From assembly GCA_963793435.1 (NCBI GenBank), contig CAWCAA010000002.1:151813-215812 (forward strand): 64,000 nucleotides of DNA. The letters are read 5' to 3'. The position numbers and the translations under genes are program-made. Shown one piece after another: positions 48,593 through 56,893 of the stretch. The notes under the pieces are model-generated. The model worked only from the letters and a program-made list of their open reading frames with translations, did not search any database and was not told where the DNA came from. The stretch comes from an uncultured Verrucomicrobiae bacterium. GTDB taxonomy: Bacteria > Verrucomicrobiota > Verrucomicrobiia > Verrucomicrobiales > Akkermansiaceae. The stretch's first letter is position 1. The number at the start of each line of letters is the position of its first letter.

Positions 48593-49804
48593 GTTGTTTT
48601 TCTCAAGAGGGTCGTTTTTAAGATCATAAAGCACGGTTCGGGGAGGGACTCCGGCGAAGGGGCGGTCGGGTTTGACCTGGCCCGGGACGATGAGTTTCCA
48701 TCAGCCTTCGATGACCACGTCGGAAATCAGGCTTTTCGAGGGGTCTTCGAGATCGGCGATGTCGTGGGTGTAGGCTTCCACGAAAACGGTGTTGCGGGCT
48801 TTCATGGCATCGCGATCCGTGAGGTTCAGGCCGGGGAGGTCGCCGGGATTTTTTGCGCCGGTGATGCCGAGGATGGTGGGTGCGAAGTCGATGATGTGGG
48901 CGAGGGTTTCGTCATCACGCTGCGGTTCCACTTTTCCAGGCCAGCGGACGAACATGGGGGTGCGGATGCCGTTTTCGTAGGGCGAGAGTTTGGCGCGGTT
49001 GCCGTCGTGGGCGTGTTCCCCGTCCCAGCCGTTGTCTGCGAGGTAGAGGATGACGGTGTTTTCCCTGAGGCCGTTTTTCTCCAGGTAGCCGTCGAGTTCG
49101 CCGCAGGTGTTGTCGAACCACTCGACCATCGCAAAGTATTTCTCGGCGGCTTTGGTAGGGCCCTTGCCTTTGTATTTCTCAAAAATTTCGGCAGGCGGAT
49201 TGTGCGGGGTGTGGGGGAGGAAAGGGGCGTGCCAGATAAAGAAGGGCTTCTCTTCTGCCTGGGCGGTTTCGATGAAATCATAGACGGGCTGCATGCCTTT
49301 CCGGCCTATGTCCAGACCGGCGTCCCCGTGGCGGCCAGCGGTGCCCGTCATGCCATGGGTGAAGCCGACGTCCCCATAGGTGACGTTCCAGATTTTTCCG
49401 GTTTGGAAGGTCAGGTAGCCTGCCCCGGTAACGGCTTTGGGGAGCATAAGGGAATTGCCGAGGAGCTGGTTCTTGAGGGCATCGCGCTGGCCGGGTTTGG
49501 AGCGGTTGCCGGAGAGGTCGTTCCCGGTGATGCCATGCTCGCTCGGCATTTTTCCTGTGAGCAGGCAGGCAAGGGAAGGGGAGCAGACGGGCATCACGTA
49601 GCCACGGGTGTAGAGCAGGCTCTCCGCCGCCATCCTGTCGAGATGGGGGGTATTGATGCGCTCATGTCCCATGAATCCGTAGTCGGCGAATCCCTGGTCG
49701 TCCGAGATGATGAGGATGACGTTTGGCTTGGCCGACCCCGCAGCGTTTAAAAACAGGGAGCAGAGGAGTAAGGGGATGAGAGGGAGGTTTTTTGAAATGC
49801 TCAT
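48593..49804 (-). pseudogene. Paralog of the 39124-40394 sulfatase, 3-prime-truncated at the IS630 end and carrying an in-frame TGA
   Basis: By eye roughly 85-90% nucleotide similarity to 39178-40445. TGG to TGA at 48701-48703 (VVIEG*WKLIVPG). Homology continues to 48593, then abuts the IS right end. The last ~18 codons are missing. Confidence 0.75.
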
Positions 49805-49884
49805 GGGAGGTGGGGGTAGCTTACCGGGAAAATCGGGAAAATCGTTCTTTTTCGGGGCGTTACTATTTCCCCGCCCCCTTCCGG

Positions 49885-50451
49885 CTATTTCGTGGAGTCC
49901 TTCCAGAGGCCGGCGTCCTCACGCTTCGCCTTGCTTTCCAGGGCGTGGAGCTTGCGGATGAAACGCTTGGGATCAGTCCTCTCCGGCCAGGCGGCGGGCA
50001 TGCCGTAGGCGCGGGCGAGACCTGCGGTGACGAGGGCTTCATCAAGCCGCTCTCCATCCGAGTTTACGATGATTGCATAGTAGCGGTTTTTCTTGGATTG
50101 GCCCCCCGCTTTCTGTTTCTGCGTATGCACGGTGAAAGGTCTGCGGAGAAACTTTTTCGCGAATTTCTGCGCCTCCTTCCCCCATTTCACCACCTCCGGG
50201 GGCGTGATTCCGAACTCTTTCCCTTGCTCGATCAGCCGGTCCGGGTAGCGCGTATCCGTCTCCCCGCAATCGACCCCGTAGAGCCGGAAGATGTAGGTGT
50301 AACTGGTCTGCGTGCGGATGTTGAAGGAGTCGCCATCGAAATAGCTATCATCCACCAGTGAGCATTTCTCGTAGGTGATCCACTCCTTGGCGGAGAGGCG
50401 GGGGATAAGGGCGACCAGTAGGGACAAGGCCAGAAGAAGGAGCGTTCTCAT
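49885..50451 (-). CDS. Secreted thermonuclease (SNase-like) family protein
   Basis: Signal peptide MRTLLLLALSLLVALIPRLSA. DGDSF...RLYGVDCGE and LDEALVTAGLARAY resemble the staphylococcal-nuclease fold motifs. Confidence 0.7.
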   Translation of the reverse strand: MRTLLLLALSLLVALIPRLSAKEWITYEKCSLVDDSYFDGDSFNIRTQTSYTYIFRLYGVDCGETDTRYPDRLIEQGKEFGITPPEVVKWGKEAQKFAKKFLRRPFTVHTQKQKAGGQSKKNRYYAIIVNSDGERLDEALVTAGLARAYGMPAAWPERTDPKRFIRKLHALESKAKREDAGLWKDSTK

Positions 50452-50536
50452 GGCAGTATCCTTACCGCAGACGGCATTTGGGACAAGCCCGGTGACCTTC
50501 CCGCGAGGGGGTGACCGAAGATCGCCCCTACGTTAA

Positions 50537-51067
50537 TCAGGTAGCCTGCTCGCCGCGGGCCATTACGACCTTGCCGGTGCGGACGGTCTCGATGATCTCG
50601 TATTGGGAGAACATGATGACGGCTGCATCGACTTTGGGGCTGTCCCCGGTGATCATGACGACCATGGAGGAGGGGGTGAGATCCACGGTTTTTCCGCTGA
50701 AATGCTCGGTGATCTGGAGGGCGGCGGAGCGGTCGTCCTTGGAGCAGAGGATCTTGATGAGGATCATCTCCTTGGTGACGGAGTTGTCGCTGGTGTGCTC
50801 GAAGCAATGGATCACATCGATCAGCTTGTTGACCTGCATGATGATCTGGTGGAGGCCGGAGGAATCCCCGGAAACGCCGATTGTCATGCGGGAAAACTGA
50901 GGGTCGCGGCCTTGGGAGACTACGAGGGAATCGATGTTGAAACCGCGCCGGGAGAAGACCTGGCAGATGCGCATGAGCACGCCCGGATCGTTGTTCACGA
51001 GGACGGAAAGCGTATGGCCGGAGCCGCCGAGGTTTGGTGCGACGGGGGTGTCTGTGGTGGTAATCAT
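50537..51067 (-). CDS. ilvN: Acetolactate synthase small (regulatory) subunit
   Basis: HTLSVLVNNDPGVLMRICQVFSRRGFNIDSLVV (ACT domain), then LIDVIHC... 176 aa, immediately downstream of ilvB. Confidence 0.9.
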   Translation of the reverse strand: MITTTDTPVAPNLGGSGHTLSVLVNNDPGVLMRICQVFSRRGFNIDSLVVSQGRDPQFSRMTIGVSGDSSGLHQIIMQVNKLIDVIHCFEHTSDNSVTKEMILIKILCSKDDRSAALQITEHFSGKTVDLTPSSMVVMITGDSPKVDAAVIMFSQYEIIETVRTGKVVMARGEQAT

Positions 51068-51083
51068 GGGAAGTAGCGCGGGG

Positions 51084-51139
51084 CGCTGATTGTGGATTGC
51101 TGATTGCTGATTGTGGATTGAGGATGGTGGATCGTGGAT
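51084..51139. repeat. Eight tandem heptamers (consensus NNNTGAT/NNGGAT on the + strand) in the ilvB-ilvN spacer
   Basis: gctgat tgtggat tgctgat tgctgat tgtggat tgaggat ggtggat cgtggat. The last unit (atcgtggat, 51131-51139) pairs with atccacgat at 51167-51175. Confidence 0.7.
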
Positions 51140-51196
51140 GGAAGTTCTGTGGCGTTGCGATCATCAATCCACGATCCCCCATCAAGCCCCCGGCTC

Positions 51197-52923
51197 TCAG
51201 GTTGAGCCTACTGGTTTTTCCATTTTGGTTTTCGGGGCTTCGGTGATCATGTCCTCGAGGGCGGCGCCTGCGGGGATCATTGGGAAGACGTTGTCGGTTT
51301 TCACACACTCTGCGTGGATGAGGATTGGGCCGTCGTTGTATTCGAGGGCTTTCTCAAGCTGCTTGGTGACGTCCGCCGGGCGTTTGATGTAAACGGAGGG
51401 GATGCCGTAGGCTGCGGCGAGTTTGCAGAAATCCGGGTTGCCGATCAAGTCCACGCCGGAGGTGCGGTCTTCGTAGAAAAGCTCCTGCCATTGGCGAACC
51501 ATGCCGAGGTAGTGGTTGTTGAGGACAACGATTTTCACCGGGAGCTTGTGGATGGCTGCGGTGGCGAGTTCGAAGAGGGTCATCTGGAAACCGCCGTCGC
51601 CGGAGATGGAGATGACCGTCTTGTCCGGGCAGGCAAGCTGCGCGCCTATGGCTGCCGGGAAGCCGAAGCCCATGGTGCCCGCCCCGCCGGAGGAGAGCCA
51701 ATGGAAGGATTCGTGGTTCTTGTAAAACTGCGCCGCCCACATCTGGTGCTGGCCCACATCTGTGGAGACGATGGCCTCGCCGTTGGTGAGGTTGTAGAGC
51801 TCGTCGATGACCTGCTGCATGCGGAGGCCGCCCTGCTTCTTGTAGCCGAGCGGGAATTTCTTCCGGTATGCATCCAGCTTCGCGTTCCATTCGGGATTCT
51901 TGTGCGTGGAGATCTTTGCGTTGATTTCGGTGAGGGCGGCTTTCGCATCGCCTACGATCATCACGTCCGGCTTGACCATTTTCCCTGCCTCGGCCGGGTC
52001 GATGTCGATGTGGATGATTTTCGCGTCCTTACAGAATTTCGCAGGCTGGCCGATGATGCGGTCGTCGAAGCGGGAGCCGATGTTGATGAGGAGGTCGCAC
52101 TCGACCATGGCCTTGTTCGCGTATGCGGTGCCGTGCATGCCGAGCATGCCAAGGGAGAGCGGATGGTTCTCCGGGAGGACGCCTTTCCCGAGAAGCGTGG
52201 AAGTGACCGGGCAATCGAGCGTTTCCGCAAGATGCATGAGTTCCTTGTCGGCCCTGGCGATCATGCAGCCCTGGCCGGCGAGGATGACGGGGCGTTTCGC
52301 ATTCGCGATGAGGGCCGCAGCTTCCTTGACGCCTTTCGCGCAGATGTCGAAATCCTTCTCCGGATTGTAGCCGGGGAGGTCGATCTCCGGATTCATGTCA
52401 CCGGAGAAAGGGCCTTGGGAAATGTCTTTCGGGATATCGATCAGCACGGGGCCGGGGCGGCCTGTGGTGGCGATGTGATATGCCTCGCGGGCAACGCGCG
52501 GGAGGGCGTTGGTATCTTTAACCAGCCAGTTGTGTTTTACTACGGGTATGGTAATTCCGAAGATATCAGCTTCCTGGAAAGCATCCTTGCCCAGCATCCA
52601 TGTCACGGTCTGTCCGCAGAGCACGATCATCGGGACGGAGTCCATCATCGCGGTCATGAGGCCGGTAACGGTGTTGCCGGCTCCTGGCCGGAAGTCACGA
52701 GAACCGCAGCGGGTTTGCCAGTGGCACGTGCGTAACCGTCCGCCATGTGGACGGCTCCCTGCTCGTGGCGGACGAGGATGAATTTCATCTTCGTTTTCAC
52801 TGTTTCCAGGGCGTCGAAAATCGGGATCGCCGCACCGCCGGAGTAACCGAAGATGTATTCAATCCCGAGTTCGTCGAGAGTCTTGATGAGCGCCTGTGCG
52901 CCGTCGAGTTGTTGCTTGGCCAT
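51197..52923 (-). CDS. ilvB: Acetolactate synthase large (catalytic) subunit; 1-nt frameshift at ~52684-52689
   Basis: N-terminal ORF 52654-52923 (MAKQQLDGAQALIKTLDELGIEYIFGYSGGAAIPIFDAL...VLVTSG) and ORF 51197-52657 (...MTAMMDSVPMIVLCGQ...GTMGFGFPAAIGA...). They join as VLVTSGPGAGNTVTGLMTAMMDS if one G/C is restored in cctggcc. Confidence 0.9.
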
Positions 52924-53027
52924 AAAAGTGGGGTTGGAGGGCGCAAAGTGGATGGTTTTCCTGAAAAGAGCAATCGAAAATCAATGAATTTCCCGTAACA
53001 TGCCGAAATTTTCCGAAGATGCCTTCT

Positions 53028-53172
53028 GAAAATTGACGTTTTTCGAGAAAGCGGGATTTTTTCCGGCTGCGAGCAAAATGTAGCAGCGTGCTTCCAGCGA
53101 CTAGCAGGGCACTGGGGAAACGTTCCCGATTTTTCGCTAGCGGCGAGTCCGCACGCTTCTCCATATTCCAGA
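53028..53172. repeat. Dispersed ~145-nt repeat, family B, copy 1
   Basis: gaaaattgacgtttttcgagaaagcgggatt...gcaaaatgtagcagcgtgcttccagcgactagcag...ggggaaacgttcccgatttttcgctagcggc... aligns at ~80% with 54291-54432. Confidence 0.6.
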
Positions 53173-53430
53173 CGCCGCTTCCGGCGGAGGTGTCGGAGAT
53201 ACGCATGGAGTTTCCGCCTTTGATGTTTGCCTCAAGAGACAGGGAGGGGTTGTCCAGGGTTAAGATCCGTGCTGAACCAGCAGTTGAATCACAGCGCACA
53301 GCAGAGGGTTTTTTAGTTTAGGCTTGCCCCCCCAAGCGAACTCTGTGACTTTTTTTGTAAATGGCATGCTCTGGCGGTCTCGGGATGAAGTGTATCGACT
53401 CGCCCGCAGGCCTCGAAAAAACTAAATATT

Positions 53431-54219
53431 ATGAGAATAAAAAACAAACTCAGATGGATGGCACTAGCGGTCTCGCCAGTCATGGCAACCACGGCTGGTG
53501 CGGTAATCTCGGTGAATGAAAATTTCGATTCGGCTCCGTCGAACTGGACATCGGTGAACGCGACAACGGGAACCAATAATTTCGGTTTTTCCAATACCAA
53601 CACGGTTCTCGGGGCGGGGAATGCGGGTGAAGCTGGCGGAACGTTCGGCCGGATCGATGGACGGTCATATTACGCCGATACTTCCGCCGCTATCAGTTTC
53701 ACCCACCTGGATATGTTCTCGGCGAGCGGCAGCTTCAGGACTTCAAATCTGGCAAACGCCAACCACGATCTCTTCGTAGGCTATTTCAACACTGCATCGA
53801 CGGACTCACGGGAGCCGGCAGTCGCTCTTCGTGTAAGGGAAAATAGTGCTACTGACAACCGGGTTGATCTTATTTACGATGATGCTCCGGGTAACGACGC
53901 GAGTAGCACACTCCTGACTCTCGCCGGCGAGACTACATACGCATTTGATTTCACTTACGACCCGGCTGCGAATGGCGGCAACGGCGCGATAATAGGTAAT
54001 ATCAACGGGACTGGATATATTGCGAACCTCAATGGGAACCAGATGTTCAACCTTAATGCGTTCGGCCTCTTTTCCCGCAACCGAGGAACAGATAATCCGG
54101 GTAACGAGTTCGATTTGCATATCGATGGATTGACCTATTCCGCGGTTCCCGAACCATCCGCCCTCGCGCTGATCAGCCTCGCGGGCTTCGGCCTGATCCT
54201 TCGCCGCCGCCGGAACTAG
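53431..54219 (+). CDS. PEP-CTERM sorting-domain protein
   Basis: Signal peptide, and a C-terminal VPEPSALALISLAGFGLILRRRRN. Confidence 0.85.
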   Translation: MRIKNKLRWMALAVSPVMATTAGAVISVNENFDSAPSNWTSVNATTGTNNFGFSNTNTVLGAGNAGEAGGTFGRIDGRSYYADTSAAISFTHLDMFSASGSFRTSNLANANHDLFVGYFNTASTDSREPAVALRVRENSATDNRVDLIYDDAPGNDASSTLLTLAGETTYAFDFTYDPAANGGNGAIIGNINGTGYIANLNGNQMFNLNAFGLFSRNRGTDNPGNEFDLHIDGLTYSAVPEPSALALISLAGFGLILRRRRN

Positions 54220-54253
54220 GGCGCGCGGACGTAGTCTTCCCGAGATTTTTGCC

Positions 54254-54284
54254 GATGCCACCCCCGGATACCGGGGGTGGCATC
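54254..54284 (+). terminator. Strong hairpin after the PEP-CTERM gene (terminator candidate with a weak T tract)
   Basis: 14-bp perfect stem gatgccacccccgg / ccgggggtggcatc with a 3-nt loop. Confidence 0.5.
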
Positions 54285-54290
54285 TTCGCG

Positions 54291-54432
54291 GAAAATTGAT
54301 GCTTTCCGAGAAAGCGGAATTCTCTGCAGTGGGCAAATATAGAGCAGCGTGCTTCCAGCCGCTGGCAGAGTAATGGCGAAACGTTCTCGATTCTTCACTA
54401 GCGGCTGGAAGGACGCTTCCCCACATTCCTGA
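54291..54432. repeat. Dispersed ~145-nt repeat, family B, copy 2
   Basis: Aligns with 53028-53172. Contains an internal hairpin, gcgtgcttccagccgctgg ... ctagcggctggaaggacgc. Overlaps the 3-prime end of the LamG ORF. Confidence 0.6.
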
Positions 54433-54889
54433 CCGCACCGTATTGCGCGGAGATTTCGGCTGGAGTGAGTGCCCGGCTCCAGACTGCGAGTTCGTCCACC
54501 AGACCGTGAAAGGACGGATCCAGGCGGAAAGGGATGCCGGAAACCTCTGTCCCGCCGACCCTTACGCCATATCCTTTGGCGATGGGCCGGGCATCGAGAA
54601 ACATTGCGGTTTTTTCAAACGACCAGGTCAGGACGAGATGGTGCCACTCGCCATCGGCTATCATGCGATCCCCCCTCAGGATCAGGCTGTTGTCCCCCTG
54701 GGCAACGTGGAAGGCGGGTCTCCCGTCCGGGAGAATGCGGAGGGTGAACGATTGGCTGTTTTGTGGGACGGCCCACAGGGTTTCCGGTTCGGAGAGGTCG
54801 TTTTCGCGCCGTATCCATAGGGAGAGCGAGCCTTCGCGGGTGGAGAGTGCGGGTTGTGCGGTGAAGTCCGGGACTTCCTCTCCCTGCAA
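54398..54889 (-). CDS. LamG/concanavalin-A-like domain protein (the N-terminus probably extends to ~55030 through a frameshift)
   Basis: GSLSLWIRR...DGEWHHLVLTW...LVDELAVWSRALTPAEI is typical of Laminin_G_3. In-frame upstream sequence WRFSEDEDGGTIIPAQGLTYGFGDGNTCLDL continues the domain but lacks an ATG. An ATG at ~55028 is in another frame. Confidence 0.6.
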   Translation of the reverse strand: MQGEEVPDFTAQPALSTREGSLSLWIRRENDLSEPETLWAVPQNSQSFTLRILPDGRPAFHVAQGDNSLILRGDRMIADGEWHHLVLTWSFEKTAMFLDARPIAKGYGVRVGGTEVSGIPFRLDPSFHGLVDELAVWSRALTPAEISAQYGAVRNVGKRPSSR

Positions 54890-55062
54890 GTCCAGGCAGG
54901 TGTTTCCGTCACCGAAGCCATAGGTCAGGCCTTGTGCGGGAATAATGGTTCCACCGTCTTCGTCCTCGGAAAATCTCCAGCAGGCCGGGGAAGGGCACCC
55001 GCGTTCTTGCCGTCTGCCCGATGACAGGCCATGGTTTCAACAAAGAGGGGAATTCCTGAATC

Positions 55063-55692
55063 ATGGCGAAGAGCAAAATCCATCTGGTCATGGCCGACGA
55101 TCACGCGATCGTCCTCATGGGCTTGGAAACCGTGCTGACGATGGAGCCGGATATCGTGATCGATGCCACTGCGGAGAACGGCGAAGAAGCGGTTGTTCTC
55201 TACCGGAAGCATAGACCGGACGTGCTCCTGATGAACCTGCGGATGCCCGGCACGGACGGGGTTTATGCCGCTACGGAGATCCGCAGAGAGTTTCCGGCCG
55301 CGCGAATCCTTTTCCTGACATCCTACGATACCCAGGAGGAAATCCACCGGGCGATGAAGGCGGGTGCCGCCGGATACCTTCTGAAACACAGCAAGCGGAA
55401 GGAACTCGTCACGGCCATCCGGGAAGTCGCAGCGGGCGGGCAATGGCTACCCTCGCGCATCCGCCAGCAGGTGGAGGAAAGGGGCGAAGCCCCCGAACTA
55501 TCGGAACGGCAACGCGAAGTTCTCGCGCTCGTCGCGAGAGGCCTTTCCAACAAGGAAATCGCCAAGCTGCTCGGATTTTCCGAGAGCGGCGCGAAACAGC
55601 ATCTCAGGCAGATTTTCGTGAAACTCGGTGTTGCCGATAGGGCGGAGGCGGTTGCTGCAGGGATACAGAGGGGAATCATTGGGAACGAGTAG
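55063..55692 (+). CDS. NarL/FixJ-family response regulator (REC + LuxR-type HTH) with Asn at the phospho-acceptor position
   Basis: MADDH acidic pocket, LLMNLRMPG (Asn58 where Asp is expected), LTS, K at AGYLLKHS, and a C-terminal LSERQREVLALVARGLSNKEIAKLL HTH. Confidence 0.85.
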   Translation: MAKSKIHLVMADDHAIVLMGLETVLTMEPDIVIDATAENGEEAVVLYRKHRPDVLLMNLRMPGTDGVYAATEIRREFPAARILFLTSYDTQEEIHRAMKAGAAGYLLKHSKRKELVTAIREVAAGGQWLPSRIRQQVEERGEAPELSERQREVLALVARGLSNKEIAKLLGFSESGAKQHLRQIFVKLGVADRAEAVAAGIQRGIIGNE

Positions 55693-55699
55693 ATCGCGT

Positions 55700-56881
55700 C
55701 TACATTAGCATGGTGGCTCCAGGAGCGGGGCGGGTCAGGAAAATCTCCGGTGCCAAACCCGTTTCGGCACGATAGCCTGTGTGGAGTTTTTCGGCGATGG
55801 CAGGCGCGGCACTACGCTGGCAAAGGGTGACGGTGGATCCTCCGAAGCCTCCTCCGGTCATGCGGCTACCGTAGATGCCTCCAGTTGCTCCGATGGAGTC
55901 CGAGATTTCGACGAGAAGATCGAGTTCCTTGCAAGAGACCTGGAAGTCATCGCGCAGGGAGCGGTGGCTTGCCGACATGAGTCTTCCGACTTCCTCGTAG
56001 CCTTCGTTTTCAAATGCGGTGGCTGCGGCGATGGTTCGGGAAATTTCGCTGACTACGTGTCGTGCACGGCGGTTGACGGGCTCGCCGAGTTTTTCCCATG
56101 CCTCCGTGACCTGATCCTCGCCGACATCCCGCCATGAACCCGCACCGAGCGTGGCGAGGGCTTGCTCCGTCTGTCCGCGGCGTTCTGCGTAGGCTCCGTC
56201 GGTGAGCTGGTGGCTGACCCCCGTGTTGGAAATGAGGATGGCGAGTTCCGGGTCGGAAAACGGGATGAGCCGGGTGGCCTGGCTCCGGCAATCGATCAGG
56301 ACAAGCCGGTCGCGTTTTCCGTATGCGGAGGCGAACTGATCCATGATGCCGCACGGGCAACCTGCAAAATCCGTCTCCGCTTTCTGGCATAGCAAAGCTT
56401 TTTCGCTGGTAGGCAGCACCGATCCTGAAACTCCTTCCAGCAGGGTGGCGAAGGCCAGCTCAAGTGCGGCGGAGGAGGAAAGGCCGGCTCCGGCAGGCAC
56501 GGAGGAAACGATACTCGCTTGGAAACCCGGGAGAGAAATTCCTTTTTCCTGAAAGCCATGGATCACTCCCCTCAGGTAGTTCGCCCAGTCGGGAGTGCCT
56601 TGAGTTTGCGGCGTGTTTGCGGAAAGCACGGCCGTTTCCTGGCCATCGGAAATCACGGTGATTTCTTGACCGGCAACGGGTGCTGCGGCGATCACGACAT
56701 AGCGCTCGATGGCCAGCGGGAGCACCAGCCCGTCGCAGTAATCGATGTGCTCACCGATGAGGTTGACTCTGCCCGGAGCGACGGCGAACAGACTGGGATT
56801 TGTGCCGAACTGGGTTTGAAAAGCGGTGGAAGCCTGTTCCTTCAGTTCGTCCAATGATGGGTTCGGGTCGATGTATTTCAT
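55700..56881 (-). CDS. galK: Galactokinase
   Basis: APGRVNLIGEHIDYCDGLVLPLAI, GAGLSSSAALE and MTGGGFGGSTVTL (GHMP kinase motifs). Confidence 0.9.
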   Translation of the reverse strand: MKYIDPNPSLDELKEQASTAFQTQFGTNPSLFAVAPGRVNLIGEHIDYCDGLVLPLAIERYVVIAAAPVAGQEITVISDGQETAVLSANTPQTQGTPDWANYLRGVIHGFQEKGISLPGFQASIVSSVPAGAGLSSSAALELAFATLLEGVSGSVLPTSEKALLCQKAETDFAGCPCGIMDQFASAYGKRDRLVLIDCRSQATRLIPFSDPELAILISNTGVSHQLTDGAYAERRGQTEQALATLGAGSWRDVGEDQVTEAWEKLGEPVNRRARHVVSEISRTIAAATAFENEGYEEVGRLMSASHRSLRDDFQVSCKELDLLVEISDSIGATGGIYGSRMTGGGFGGSTVTLCQRSAAPAIAEKLHTGYRAETGLAPEIFLTRPAPGATMLM

Positions 56882-56893
56882 GGAAAGGAGTAT

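Noticed and set aside
51084-51139. Tandem heptamers considered as a CRISPR-like or minisatellite array.
   Set aside because: The units are 7 nt with no spacers, which is far too short for CRISPR. It is kept only as a simple tandem repeat or regulatory candidate.
51314-52735. 473-aa + strand ORF opposite ilvB, and the 286-aa ORF 50448-51308 spanning ilvN and the spacer.
   Set aside because: They are antisense or alternative frames of highly conserved ilv genes.
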